Below, one piece after another: positions 1 to 14,426 of a DNA stretch of 64,000 nt. Each line of letters opens with the position of its first letter. Within the stretch, counting starts at the first letter, position 1. The notes beneath the pieces were generated by a model, which ran no database searches, was not told the origin of the DNA, and saw only the letters and a program-made list of their open reading frames with translations. The stretch is from Octopus vulgaris (Eukaryota). A program made the translations under genes and the position numbers. Where the stretch lies: NCBI GenBank assembly GCA_951406725.2, contig OX597828.1, forward strand, positions 63,798,001 to 63,862,000. Direction: 5' to 3'.

Positions 1-1045
1 ACGTGCACCTACACTCACGCACACCCGCACATGTATAGAGACATTTGTATTAAATACTGATTTTCTACTTTCACATAAATTACCATGAGTAATGATTCGT
101 TTTAGGGCAAACATAAAGCATATCATATACATGTGTGTGTGTGTTTACATCTCCATACATACATGTAGATGAGGAGGGAGTTAGACAAACGGTAACAGGC
201 GTAAGAAATGTACATGAAAAGTTGCACATATAATGTATATGATGTAAACCAAGTCAATTCTTATCATGTGTTTCGAGCGATCGAAACAGACGTTAAGAAT
301 GTTGTAAGAATGCGTTGTATGTAAGCAAGTGCAATACTAAAGCAATATTGCAATGTAGGAACTAGAGTATCCAGTATTTCGGATTTTGATAGCCGTGTGC
401 CGTAGAGTCAGGATATTCTCTTCATATCGTTTGTGAGTATATGTGTATGCATGTACACACACACGCATAGATATACGCATATATATACATACATACATAC
501 ATACATACATACATACATACATACGTATATATGCATTTTGTATATACCATATATAAATGGCAATTTCTGTCTTTCTGTCTGTTACCATCTTGCTGCCTAA
601 ACCAGTGTTAAACTAATATCCAGTTCAATAATGGGCTAATTGGATATCAATAAAATCTATAATGTGTTCCCTAGAGAGGTTGGGCGAATTACAGGATAGA
701 ATGACAAGGATGCAAAGAGTATTAGTGTGTAGTAGCAGTGTGAGTGTGACTGATATCAAGGAAGGGGAGGACAGCGTTGTGTATGCGACAAATATGGAGT
801 GGCAGTGGGATGTTTACGTTAATATAGCTGTTATATATACACGTTGTGTTGCATACATACTTTCGTAAATACATAGATACATGCATACACACTCACATGC
901 AGACACTTGCACATACACACACATACACACATGCACATAAGTAACTTTTTAAACGTCGACGAAGAAGAAAGGTGGGTGTGAGGAATACGTAGCTTTGGGG
1001 AGAAAGGGGGTAAGTGGCTTTTCTGCTGTCCATCGCAAACACACA

Positions 1046-1141
<96 letters not shown>

Positions 1142-1147
1142 CATACA

Positions 1148-1478
1148 TCTACTATATACCATTTAAACTTGTGATTATCTATGTGTATATTTGTCAATGT
1201 GTGTGTGTGACGTCCTATAACTATCTGTCTCTCTACTTTCGTAGGGTCTTCCCTGTTGCTGTTACATATTGTGAGATTTTAAAATTACGTCAAAATTTCC
1301 AAATAAGTCATGTGAAAAACTACAACGACGTTTTTTTGCGAAAAATTGCACAAATCTGTCCTGATCAAGATGTCTATCTGTCGAGGAGTCGGAGTATACT
1401 CTGACATGGAATAACGCAAAAATTATATAAGGAATTCTACTGTAAAAATTGCCTGGCAACAACGGGGTATTCAGCTAG
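1148..1478 (+). mobile_element. Non-autonomous Helitron-like element
   Basis: Begins TCTACTATATA after an A and ends ...GCCTGGCAACAACGGGGTATTCAGCTAG before a T. This is the 5'-TC / 3'-GC-rich hairpin + CTAG, A^T-target signature of Helitrons. Confidence 0.65.
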
Positions 1479-1540
<62 letters not shown>

Positions 1541-2244
1541 TCTCTTTGGGACCTAAACAAAGATCTTCGCGGATCTTTATGGGTGGTCTCGAGCCATAAA
1601 CCCCTACAAAAGGAGAAGGAAAACTCTTATCACCAAAACTGTCGCATGGCTGAAACGGTCCGTTGGAAACGGCTTTGTACTATTATCGGTCTATATAGGA
1701 CAGGCCTGATATACAACACTTCGTATGCGATCTGACGTTGACACTTCTGCACCTGTACAGGGAATGAACTAGTGTCTATCACAAACGTTTGAGCAGATTG
1801 CTCAGTGTCCTCGATAGAAGTCAGTGTCCTCGACAGAAGGAGATGAGCGAAGGAGACAGGCAGGCAAAGAAAACCAGAGAGAAAGAGCTAGACAGGGAAT
1901 GAGGGAGAAGAACAAAAGAAAGAGTGAGAAAGAGGGTGAGAAGAGAGAGCACAAGATTCACCGGAATACCTGAAACTTCTGTAATTTAAGTACTTCTGCT
2001 AATTTGCTTGGGAGTCCTCACCTGTGAAAATTCAGATAGAGACCAGAAAAGATATGTTGATTAATTTAAAAAGACGCAAAAAAAGAAAGAATTGAGATGC
2101 AGCAATACTCTCCGATTCCCAGAGAAACTTTCAGCCTAAATTATTACAAGACGGATTTAACACTGGAAGCCATCTAGATTTGCATTTAATGCGTTTGTCG
2201 GATATATGCATGCATATAAATACCTGTATATAGGCATGTGTGTA

Positions 2245-2297
<53 letters not shown>

Positions 2298-2434
2298 AAC
2301 AGTGTCTGTGTTTCTTGTGTTGTTTTCTCGTACCCTCACTCTGACACGGCTTTCAACGATTCTGATGAAATATTCAAAACAACGCAGCGAAAATTTTGAA
2401 AGTTCCCCAGTTCTGAAAAAATCGATAAATATGG

Positions 2435-2479
<45 letters not shown>

Positions 2480-2580
2480 TATATATATATATATATATAT
2501 ACATTTACGTATATATATATATACGTAAATGTCGAACGATTAAATGAGTGCTCAACACAGCATGTATGTATATATGTATT

Positions 2581-2905
2581 CTTTTATTTGTTTTAGTTAT
2601 TTGATTGCGGCCATGCCGGAGCACCCCCCTTTTAGTCGAGCAAATCGACCCCAGAACTTGTTCCTTGTAAGCCCAGTAATTATTGTATCGGTCTCTTTTT
2701 GCCGAACCGCTAAGTTGCGGGGACGTAAACACACCAGCATCGGTTGTCATGCGATGTTGGGGGGACAAACACAGACACAAACACCCACACGTATGCATAT
2801 ACATATACACATATATATATATTTATATATACGATGGGCTTCTTTCAATTTCCGTCTAGCAACTCCACTCACAAATCTTTGGTCGGCTCGAAGCTATAGT
2901 AGAAG
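2581..2905 (-). mobile_element. tRNA-derived CORE-type SINE, 5'-truncated copy
   Basis: Reverse-complement match by eye to the body and tail of the 47163-47541 copy (e.g. TGCTCCGGCATGGCCGCAATCAAATAACTAAAACAAAT). Confidence 0.75.
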
Positions 2906-2908
2906 TGC

Positions 2909-2963
<55 letters not shown>

Positions 2964-3025
2964 CACACCCACATTTATTCACTCAAACATAGACTCATAT
3001 AAATTCTCAATATATACAAGCATGT

Positions 3026-3108
<83 letters not shown>

Positions 3109-3458
3109 TGTGTGTGTGTGTATGTTTGTGTGCATGTACGTCTTAAAACACTCAGATACATAAATTACGGTAATCCACCTTCAGCTGTTCACAGCTGTAT
3201 CTTGGGGTGACTGAGTGTCTTTTGGTCGCTTAGTTATGACGCCTCAACAAACCGCTACCAACACACCGCTCCTCACATACACACACACACATGTACATAT
3301 ACATGCACATGTGTACATTTATATACATATGTGTGCGTGTGTATATATTTATATATATATATATATGTATATATATGTATACACACACACACATACAACG
3401 TATATGCATATACATTCATTTTCATACACAAATGTTAAGACACAGATAGAAAGATAAA

Positions 3459-3510
<52 letters not shown>

Positions 3511-4104
3511 TATATAAGTGTATGTGCGTATGTGTGCATGTATGTATGCAAACAGGGCAATAAATATATTGGTGGAGGTGTATATTAGGGGAGTGGAGAG
3601 GTGGGTGTATATATACATCAATGGATACATGACTGGTGAGTCGGTGTAACGTGTAGATAGATGTGTCGATGTATATAGATGGTGAGATTACCAACACACA
3701 CACACACACACGCACACACACTTCAACACACACACACATGTAGGTCAAGTACGGGTTAATAACATTGTGAATCAAAGCGTATTTTAAGTCAAATGAAATT
3801 ACGATGGTGTTAATGATATTTCTTCTGAGCGAGCACAGGCGTAGAGCAGCGAAATTTTAATTAATAATTAATTGGAAGTTATGTACTAAGAAGCGAGTAT
3901 TCTAATCAATTTATATTTCGTGAATTCTCTCCCGTGTTTTCCTTAACTAGAAATGTCATTACCACTAATTGCAGTGGTTCATTAGCAGCGGCATTTTTGG
4001 TTTAATTATATTGAATATGTTAGTCTGTATTTAGATATATTTCCTCCATTCACAGAGTACACTGGTAATTATTAAAATTATGCTGTGTGTGTGTGTGTTT
4101 GCCA

Positions 4105-4600
4105 GGATGGCAACGAAGGAAAACAAGATTCTGGCCATACACCAGAGTTACACTGAATTTACCCACCACAGACAGTTTTACAGCAGTGACACTTGGAACA
4201 TTTGCTGCCGAAAAGCGGCACCATGTCTTCTTTCGCCTACACAGCCAGAGAATGAGCGGATTCCGAGACACCAAGTTAGCTGAGTGAGTCACTAACTCGA
4301 GTCAAGATAACCAGTTCTGCGCTGTCTGGACCGTGAACACTGAATGCTAGAGTAGAAGATTGCTTAAAGCTTGCTGCAAGGTAAATGGGCCTCCGGTAGG
4401 AGACCTCGGATCTGAAACCATCTTTGATTTGAGAGATTATTGCTAGAGAGACACGAAACCTCTCTTCAGAAACGTCGAAAGTTGATGGTAATTGCTTCTA
4501 CTCTGGCGACTGGAACTAGACAAAGATGAGAGAAGAGAATAAGGCTTGCTGCTGAACGCGCATCACATGACACCAGTCGGATGAATGTCACTGCGGTATT
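4105..4600 (+). mobile_element. Degraded 3' end of an RTE-like LINE
   Basis: Broken frames give KWASGRRPRI and RRRIRLAAERAS, which resemble the KRPRGRP...WR C-terminus of RTE ORFs. Many stops. Confidence 0.35.
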
Positions 4601-4827
4601 GTGAGTTATATATATATTACGTGATTTTTCACATGGAATCATTTACATTCAATGCTGTTGGAAACGGTGTGGTACCGAAACAATTGTAACTGCTAGAAGG
4701 GACTACCGTTCACCCTACGTGGAGGTTGCGCTGTGCTGGCAAAGCTCTCGGGGTCACTGAAGCACACAAGCCACCACACCACAAGGACTGGACATTAGGG
4801 TGGACACAGATGCACACATACATACAC

Positions 4828-4881
<54 letters not shown>

Positions 4882-4972
4882 GCATATATTAAAGCTGAAA
4901 AAATCTTCATAAACCGTTAATCAGTTTCACTTTATTGCCCACCGGGCAGTTGTGGCCAGAGAGTATATTCAC

Positions 4973-5015
4973 AAATGTCTGACGAATGCTAACGTGAAAT
5001 TCTGTGTAACAGTTT
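4973..5015 (+). ncRNA. Hammerhead ribozyme motif (type I, degenerate stem III), same family as 16766-16814
   Basis: aaatgt CTGACGA atg-ctaa-cgt GAAA ttctgtGTA acagttt. Downstream 5030-5095 (tattattctacctttggtattcgagtact) resembles the 16844-16875 tail. Confidence 0.6.
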
Positions 5016-5323
5016 GAGAAGACTTTTTCGGCTTTAATAACTAGCGTATTATTCTACCTTTGGTATTCGAGTACTATTCATCCCACGTTGTTCTGGAATT
5101 TGCATGCTTACGTTGTATGTGTGTGTGTGTGTGTAAATTGTATGTGAATTGAATATAGAAGACAGTTTATATACAAAACTATATAATACTTGTTATTTAC
5201 TGGGCTCTCCCTCCCTTCCTTTTCTGTCACCACCTCTACCCAACCACCTCTCCGCATCTCAGCTACATACTCTACCCCCTAACATATCTATACACACACA
5301 CACAGACATATATATATGTATAT

Positions 5324-5354
<31 letters not shown>

Positions 5355-5355
5355 T

Positions 5356-5386
<31 letters not shown>

Positions 5387-5414
5387 TATATATATATATG
5401 TATGTATATATATG

Positions 5415-5510
<96 letters not shown>

Positions 5511-5547
5511 TATATGTATATAAATATGTATGTATATATATTTATAT

Positions 5548-5578
<31 letters not shown>

Positions 5579-5994
5579 TCTATATATATGTATGTATATA
5601 TATATATGTATATATATATGTATGTATGTATATATATATATATATGTATGTATGTATATATATGTATATATATATATGTATATATATGTATGTATATATA
5701 TTTATATATATATATATATATATATGTTTGTATGTATGTATGTATATATATATATATAAGTATATATATATATATAGATATATATGAATATATATATATT
5801 CACACGCACGCGCACACAAACACCACCCATTACTAATGGTCTCTACACTGTTAAAAGTGGTGACGGTAGTGGCTGTGTGCGTGGGCGCGCTTATCTTTTG
5901 CATGTTAGAGTCACAGAACATAAGACCCCCACATAATACGAATGTACATTATACTGTGATGACAGACAGGTGTGTCCCTGTTTGTTTTTTTATT

Positions 5995-6075
<81 letters not shown>

Positions 6076-6192
6076 GCATTTGTTTATTGCTTGTGTGCTG
6101 TTTGAAATAGTAACCGTATATTCATGAATCTATCATACTTCACGGTTGCTAAGCAGATGTATGCATATATACATATGATATATGTGTGTGAG

Positions 6193-6249
<57 letters not shown>

Positions 6250-6470
6250 GTGTGTGTGTGTGTGTATGTAGATATATACCGGAAGACTTAAAAGCTTGCA
6301 TACAAATTACAAAATACACAATCGTTGGCGAACTTCCAGTTTTCCGGCAACGTATAAATATGTACAAATATTATATGTATATGTAGGAGTATATAATGTA
6401 TGTACAAGTATAAACATATAACACACACATAAATACACACATACATACACATATATATGGTGTGTGTGTA

Positions 6471-6502
<32 letters not shown>

Positions 6503-6785
6503 TACATATATATACATACGTAGACATACATAAATATTTTAAATATAGTTCTACTTATGCATTTCACATCCTATTGTATGTGATGCAAACATACACTCAC
6601 ACATTCAAACATATATATACACACACACACATTAAAAATGCAGAAAAATCTCCATTTCTAAAATACTAACTCACTCGGCGCTTAAATGTTTGTTTATAAA
6701 AATGTTAAATATTCTGATTGTATACATGCATACATACATACATACATACATGTGTGTGTGTGTATGTATATTATATGCATGTATA

Positions 6786-6824
<39 letters not shown>

Positions 6825-6926
6825 GTGTGTGTGTATGTATATATATGTATAATATATATGTACATATATCTATAAACCTCTGTGTGTATATATATATCTA
6901 TAAATATATATACACACACACATTCA

Positions 6927-7050
6927 AGGCGCGAACGTGGCTGTATGATAAGAAGTTTCCTTCCCCACCATACAGTTCTGGGTTCAGTCCCACAGCGTGG
7001 CATCTTGGGCAAGTATCTTCTACTGTCGATCAAAACCTTGGGCGGAACCT
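6927..7050 (+). mobile_element. CORE-type SINE head (tRNA-like region plus core)
   Basis: GGGTTCAGTCCCACAGCGTGGCATCTTGGGCAAGT: B-box-like sequence plus core, matching 47205-47240. Confidence 0.7.
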
Positions 7051-7770
7051 GAAACTCCTCATATAGGTTGACTGGTTTTTATTACTTAGCGTTATTTTTT
7101 CCGGCTCTTTACGTTCTGAGTTCAAATGCTGCCGGAGTCACTTTGTCATTCATCTATCCGGGGTCGATAAAACAAAATAAGAACCAGTGAAAGACTGGAG
7201 TCAATGCAATCAACATCCTCCTCTCACGAAAATTGCTTTCGTTCTGTGAAAATTAGAGGAAAAAAAAGTAAAATTCTATTTTTCCATCATCGTCGTCATC
7301 GTTGTTGCTGTTGTTGTTGTTGTTTGTTTGTTTGGTGTTGTTTTCATTGTATATCTTCTTCTCATCTATTTTGGCCAATCTTGTTGATCTTTCTCGACTC
7401 GTGATTAATACCCGGATGTACTTATTAGTGCTCTTCAAGATGATTATTTTTGTATGTGGACACACCCATTGGTCATCTCGGTTACATGTATTATGCGGGT
7501 GTATGTGTATGTGTATATACTTGTATACTTACTTGTGTGCATGTGTCTCTGCGCCTGTCTGTATGTGTATTGATTGATACAAGTTTTAATAAATACAGTT
7601 TATACGTGTATATATAAATAAATGCAAATATGTGCTGATCTATGTATGTTTTGGAATAAACACAAAAACGGTTGCTATGGTTTTTCTCGTAGTTGTTTTT
7701 CAGTGCTATTCTCTATCGCTCAAAACCTTGACACCGTTTTACAACAGTTTTCCCTTTTTTTTTGCTCCAG

Positions 7771-7887
7771 AAAAACGTCCGACAGACCTGAGCACAGGCA
7801 TGAAGTTCCAATGGGTTCTTTACAACATTACTTGCAGTGGAGGGATAATCGTGGCCATTTTATACTGGCTGGTCCTATATCATCCAG
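7771..7887 (+). CDS. Protein rolling stone-like, internal exon
   Basis: Polypyrimidine tract + CTCCAG acceptor and GTAAGC donor, 117 nt, phase 1/1. Encodes EKRPTDLSTGMKFQWVLYNITCSGGIIVAILYWLVLYHPG (W-x-L-Y-N-I...LYW, typical of rolling stone-family proteins) and splices in frame to 10334. Confidence 0.85.
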
Positions 7888-8272
7888 GTAAGCATTCTTG
7901 CTCCTCTATTAAGTTATTCATATATTCTAAGTCTTTTTAATAACTATTATAATTCAAAATCGGTCGAACGATAGGTGGAGGAAATGACTTGCGATACCTT
8001 GAATCTGAGTTCAAACCCAACCCAGTTCGAATTCGTTTTTTATTATTCTGGGGTCGTAAAAGTAAATACCCCTCACATTTTGGGTAAGTGGCATAAATAG
8101 ACTATTCCTCCACCAATTTCTTTTCTTTCTTCTATCTTAAAAATCATTTATTTTCAGTTTGTAGTTTTGAACTGTTTTATTCCTTGGATGAATTTCTTTC
8201 GTCAATTTTTTTGCGCCATGTTTAATAAGGGTTTCTTATTCAGGCATGAGATCAACAATATCTATATAGAAA

Positions 8273-9362
8273 GAGTAGCGGCCATAATGTAAGGGTCAGT
8301 AAGAACAAGTGTATTGAAATAGTTATTATAGGAGATAAACAATATGTTGAGACTATAGATATTTTACACACATTTAGATATATCTAATATCTATCTTTCA
8401 TGAAAACTTCAAGTGAACGTAAGAAATATTTCGTAAGTTATGAGGAAATAAACAATCTTCCAAATTGCAGTGGCCAAAAGTTAAGGGTCACTTAGAAAAA
8501 ATGAACTCCTAACCGAGGTATTTGTTGTTTAGAAGACTGTCCATGGGCGAACAGTTACTTTTTATGATCTTACATTATTGGAATATTCAACTGTTAACAT
8601 GGTGACTTGTGAGAAACGTCTTGTGGCGAAAAACAAAGGATTCTGTGCCTTCACCAAGAGGGAAAGTCAAATTCTGTGATAGCAACTACTGTAGGAAGGT
8701 CCAGAAGTGTTGTGCAACGAATTATAGCTCGTTTTAAGTTACCAGGATCAACAGATACTAAATCCCAAACTGGTAGACTTCGTAATACTTCACAAAGGCA
8801 GGATTGTATTGTGCTTAAAATGCCACTAAATGATAGGTTTAAGAGTGCTGCTAAGACATCCCGCGAGTTTAGCTCCAATTCCGATGTCAACGTATCGCGC
8901 AAAATAGTTTCTCGGAGAAATTACGAGGTTCTGGGTTGCTTACTCGGGAACCGGCAAAGAAACCCCTGATCTCCAAGAAGAATTAAAAAATCTGTCTTCG
9001 TTTTGCTCACGAACATGTCGTTTGGACAGAAGAACAGTGGTTGCGATGAAACGAAGTTTAATGTAACTGGTTCCGATGGCGGGGTGTACGTCCGACGAGG
9101 AAGTGGCGAAAGATTATATCGTGCATGTGTGAAGAAACAGTGAAATATGGAGGAGGCAGTGTAATGGTATGGGGAGTGATCTCTGCTGCTGGACCTGGTC
9201 CACTTATTCGCCTACAAGTGATTGCCAATGCTGAAATCTACAAGCAGATTCTTAGACAGTACGCCCTTCCACATCTCCGATCCTCGTCAGTTCAACCTCC
9301 TATCTTCGTGCAGGACAACGCTCCCTGTCACACTGCAAAGAGAGTCGACGATTTCTTGAGTA
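8273..9362 (+). mobile_element. Tc1-family DNA transposon relic in the last intron of the rolling stone-like gene
   Basis: Frameshifted transposase: HTH/GRPR-like region (IATTVGRSRSVVQRIIARFK...TGRLRNTS), DETKFN, TVKYGGGSVMVWG and FVQDNAPCH. It is truncated before the SPDLNPIE glutamate and has no right end. Confidence 0.9.
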
Positions 9363-9533
9363 GGGTAAATAATAGAGAAGCCTTGAGGCTCAACCATTAC
9401 CCAATCTCTGTCCAATGTTTGTTCATCTCTGTATATCACTGTCGTGATGAGGATGACTTGGAAGATCCTGTGGCCTCATGCTAGAAACGGCCGTAAGTGA
9501 TTTGTATCTGTACACTCATCTGTTATTATTAAT

Positions 9534-9613
<80 letters not shown>

Positions 9614-9785
9614 TTTTACGTATTTATTGGCTGATCTCATTCGTTTACTTGTACCACTTAAAACACATGGTTGTTATCATTTAATAAATAGATATAATGG
9701 AATATCTACTGGCCGATGTTTGGCGATTTTACATCCTCTCCTTTTTCTTATTTGCCTTGTATATTTATTTATATATATGTATATG

Positions 9786-9851
<66 letters not shown>

Positions 9852-10111
9852 TGTATGTATATGCACATATACACACAGACACACACACATACATACACAT
9901 ATATATATATGCGCATATATATATACGTATATATACATACATACATGTATATAGATACACACACGCACATATATATATATATATATACAGAGATACATAC
10001 ATACAAACATATGTACACATGCAAATGTATATGTTTGCATTTTAAAGTATATAACGTATATATGCATAATCAATTATACGTCGGTATGAGTGTGCGTCGT
10101 ATGTGTAAATG

Positions 10112-10169
<58 letters not shown>

Positions 10170-10192
10170 ATGTATGTATATGCATATATATA

Positions 10193-10243
<51 letters not shown>

Positions 10244-10333
10244 CCATCTATCTTTTTCTCTTCCCTCTTTCTCTCTCTACTCACACACATATACGCACAT
10301 ATAAATATCTTGTTTCTTCTTTTGCTCCACCAG

Positions 10334-10776
10334 GTAAAACCACCAGCTTCCTCGGCATCAACACCCACGGCGTCCTTGCAAGCATCATCCTCATCGATAT
10401 ATTTATCACGGCCCTACCAGTTCGACTTCTTCACGCATGGATGAGTTCTGTATACGCAGCTCTGTTCAGCATCTTCTGCTTTTTCTATTGGCAAGCCGGT
10501 GGCAAAAACACCAAAGACAAACCGTATATTTACTCGGTCATCGACTTTTCAAACAACTGGGAAATGGCCCTGATTTGTATCTTCTCACTCATTTTTTTCA
10601 TGGGACCACTGTTACACACTTTCCTTTTCTGTTTGCATCTACTGCGGAGAACTATTTATAACCGAATGTCTTGCTTACACCGCGAGAAGACATTGTTACA
10701 CGAACAGGGACTCAGTGAAAATACCGAGATGCAACAAACATCAGACAAAGAGACATTAAATATGAACAGTGTGTAG
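10334..10776 (+). CDS. Protein rolling stone-like, terminal exon
   Basis: CCACCAG acceptor at 10333 and a phase-1 join giving ...HPG-KTTSF. Contains INTHG, hydrophobic helices, P-V-R-L-L-H, YWQAGG...PYIYSVIDF, and TAG stop at 10774-10776. Upstream exons were not found in the window. Confidence 0.85.
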
Positions 10777-11511
10777 AGAATTGAATAATTATACCCGTTT
10801 TGTATACAGGTGTGTGTGTGTATATACTTATGTCTGTTAATGAGCAGATGGAAAGACATATTGTAATATAGCCATATAATCATAATATCTACTGTATGTA
10901 TATATGAATGTATGTATATATGTGTGTATATATATGAATGTATGTATGTGTGTATGTACAGTTGTATAAATGTATATTGAATGTATGAATGTAATGTATA
11001 TGAACACATAAGCTGTAATATAGCCTATCATTTTATCTATTGTATATATATTTCTTAAGTATACACTTCCACACGTGCACCCTCACATATAAGTGTGTAT
11101 GTGTCTGTATATAAATGTGTCTACATCTACACACACACACACACACACGTGTATGTATACGTGTATGTGTGTGTGTGGTTGTAAGTATGTATACCAAAGG
11201 TGAGTTCGTGTGCGTGTGTATATATATAAATATATATTTCGTCTTTTACCTTTGCCAGGAGAATCAGTGTTCATTATATTAAGTCCTCTCTCTTTCTCCT
11301 TGTGTGTGTGTATAAATATTGATCTTTAGCAGAAACAATAGATAAGTGCCAATACACGAAACTCTCGGCCCTTGAGCCTCTCTGTTGCTTCTGCTAAAAA
11401 GTCAACAAAATACACATATCCTCATATCTTGAGTTCTAATTTTCCTGTTTGAATCACCATACCTACATATATAATATACATATACACGCACACACACATA
11501 CACACACAAAC

Positions 11512-11564
<53 letters not shown>

Positions 11565-11577
11565 TATATATATGTAA

Positions 11578-11705
11578 TGGTACAAAGGTAAAAAAACTCA
11601 GGAAGACGAAGAGGGTGTATTAGTTTTACCCTCAGTTTTACCCAATGTTTCGAGCCTAGGCTCTTCTACGGAAAAAATACAAGAGAGAAAAAAGATGAAA
11701 AGGAA
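11578..11705 (-). mobile_element. Short non-coding repeat with degenerate hammerhead motif (11641-11675), family of 50198-50362
   Basis: Reverse complement reads tttt CCGTAGA A GAGC-ctag-GCTC GAAAC attgg. Shares TTTCGAGCCTA.GCTCTTCTAC.GAAA and GAGAGAAAAAAGATG with 50198-50362. Confidence 0.6.
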
Positions 11706-11799
11706 AGACGCCCACATACATACACACGCACGCGCGCACACGTAAGTATATGCGTATATGTACATCTAAATATATATATGCATATCTATCTTTGTATCA

Positions 11800-11830
<31 letters not shown>

Positions 11831-11834
<4 letters not shown>

Positions 11835-12025
11835 ATCCAAATATGAAAACACAACAACGCGAGGACGTGGAACAAGTATAGTATTATTGGACGCTCAGGA
11901 AAGAAGGAGGACTTAACGTTTCGAGCGGATCCCTTCGTCAGAAACATAGGAAAAGGAAAGATCCAAAGAAGGGAAGACGGAGGGAAAAAAATCGCCAACG
12001 GTACATTACGCGGTCACATTGCGCC
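11831..12025 (-). mobile_element. (TA)n-adjacent non-coding repeat with hammerhead motif (11910-11945), family of 52615-52800
   Basis: Reverse complement reads gttt CTGACGA A ggga-tcc-gctc GAAAC GTT aagtc. Highly similar by eye to 52615-52800, and both start TATAGTTAATCCAAA at a TA run. Confidence 0.7.
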
Positions 12026-12418
12026 ACTATTTATGAATATATGCCCACATAGGGGGAGAGAGAGAGAGAGTAGAGAAATAAGAGAGAAAGTGAAAGCGCC
12101 GTCGTATGCAAAATAATTCCCCTTCCCTTTATTATGAAATTATGGGGAACTATTCTCGCTCTCGCTCTCTCTCTTTCTCTCTTTCACATTTCCTATTTAA
12201 AAAATTAATTTAAAATTAATTAGTACTTAAACTGCTGACCACGAAATTTCTCCCCTTTTCAAAATATTTTACCTCTGTCCAAAGACTGACACCTGACCTT
12301 AGGTGCCTCCGACTGTTCCTCTCCTCTCTATTTTGTGATCTCTAATAATATGAGAAGTGAACTGATGTTGTCCAAATGTCCGTTTGGGTTGAAGAAACAG
12401 TAACGAAAACAATGACAC

Positions 12419-12472
<54 letters not shown>

Positions 12473-12478
12473 TAATAA

Positions 12479-12519
<41 letters not shown>

Positions 12520-12708
12520 GTAATTATAATAATAATAATAATAATAATTTTGGGCCCTAGGGATGGATCTATGGAGACGTGGTTTCTTGTGTGACTGGGT
12601 TCGAAAAAAATGTTGGCTCTGACGAACTTTGAATTCGTGAAAATGTTGGCTTGAAGGAGAAATGTTTTTAATGGAGATATGGTCGCTGAAATGCGAAGTT
12701 TGAGTAAC

Positions 12709-12777
<69 letters not shown>

Positions 12778-12779
12778 TT

Positions 12780-12995
12780 CGTGCTGTTTTAGCCATAAGA
12801 TGACGCCATCGCACTGGCTGGGCGGACAGGCCGGCATTTTGTTGGATGGGCGTTGACTATTCAGGAGTTCATCCGCCCTTTGTTGGGTCTTATTTTTCCA
12901 TCCCACGGGTTGTCAGTTTAGTTGCCGATGACCCAACCATACAACAGGTTGTACTAGATTACATGTTACCAGTAGCACTCTAGAGCGACCCGAAG
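12780..12995 (-). mobile_element. RTE-like 5'UTR fragment, family of 48149-48690
   Basis: Reverse complement shares GAGTGCTACTGGTAACATGTA...AGTACAACCTGTTG and CAAAGGGCGGA...AGTCAACG.CCATCCAA with 48160-48340. Confidence 0.55.
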
Positions 12996-13910
12996 CACCG
13001 TTGTAAAAATCACCGAAAACTGATTGACATTGCGATAGGATGGTAGATTTTTATACAAGAGGTTTTTATCTCTAATATTCAGCTAAGTTTCAGACAGAAG
13101 GAGGAAAGCGCAGGTTGCAGTAGCGTTATCTGCAGAACTCCCAGTGAAATAATGAGACAGCGATTTGGGTTCGGTAATATAAGATTGTAACATGTGGCAG
13201 TGGTTTTCCCTCCGGCACTAGGTTTAGAAACCGTCAGCTGGTTATTGGACACCCTTTCCAGGAACTTATTCTAAAGCAGCACTTAGAAAAAAGTCCCGGC
13301 TCTTTCCATTCTCAAAGTTTTACAGCTGACATTATCCTATGTGTATATATACATATATAAAATCACAGTGAAGAATTTGACAATATCAAACAAATCAAGT
13401 TCCTTACGGTTTACAAAACCATGGGCATCTTATCCGGCTACCTTACCCGACTTTCTACAAAATGCTATTGCATTAGTATTTACTTTCTTAAAATTGTAAG
13501 TAGGTAATATATTCTGTGTATGTATGTATATATATATATATATAATGCGGGTACAACAATGTACTTTGCTTATGTGTACATGGAGCGTATAGGAAGAAAG
13601 AACGTCACCAGTGATGCAAGAAACGTTGAAAATCTGTGTGTAAGAAGGAATCGAAACTGCATCCAGGGACGGCCCATGCCTGGCACGTACACTCATTAAC
13701 ACCCTGATGATCGCCATTGAGAAATGTAAATAGACAAACACCAATTAAAATACCAGTGTACATAGTCCAGTTCTGCACAAGTATGTGTGCGTGTGCGCAT
13801 GTGTGTACATATATATGACTTTTTGTGTGTGTATATATATATATATATATATAAATATATATCATATTTAAAATATATATATAATATATAATATACATAC
13901 ATATATATAA

Positions 13911-13964
<54 letters not shown>

Positions 13965-14382
13965 CTTGACCGACCAGTCCGTCAGGCGTCCATTTGACAC
14001 CGCTGGTCACAACACGCTATATATATATATATACATACAATATGTATACAATATATATATATATGTGTGTGTATATATATATATATACATATATGTATAT
14101 ATATATATATATATGTATCACGTGGTCACGTGATATATATGCATGTATGTATGTATCAGTATAAATATATACGCTCACGCATATGTACGCGTATGCCTTT
14201 GTACAAATAAATGTATGTAAACGCATATATCAGTGTGTGTATGTGTGGTGTTCGTATCAGTAAACGCACACACACACACACACAAATGCATAGTCACATA
14301 CATATGAAAGTATGCATGCATATTTGCATGTTTATCAATGTACATTCGTACGTATGTTTTTGTATATATAATAATAATAATA

Positions 14383-14426
<44 letters not shown>

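Noticed and set aside
2355-2405. CTGATGA...GAAA possible hammerhead
   Set aside because: No stem II or stem I pairing and no palindromic stem III.
11318-11407. Imperfect hairpin with gtg..cac GAAAC
   Set aside because: Possibly an old member of the fold-back class, but the core is too degenerate to call.
12612-12655. CTGACGA...GAAAATGTT possible hammerhead
   Set aside because: Only a 2-bp stem II and wobble-dependent stem I. Better explained by a local AAAATGTTGGCT duplication.
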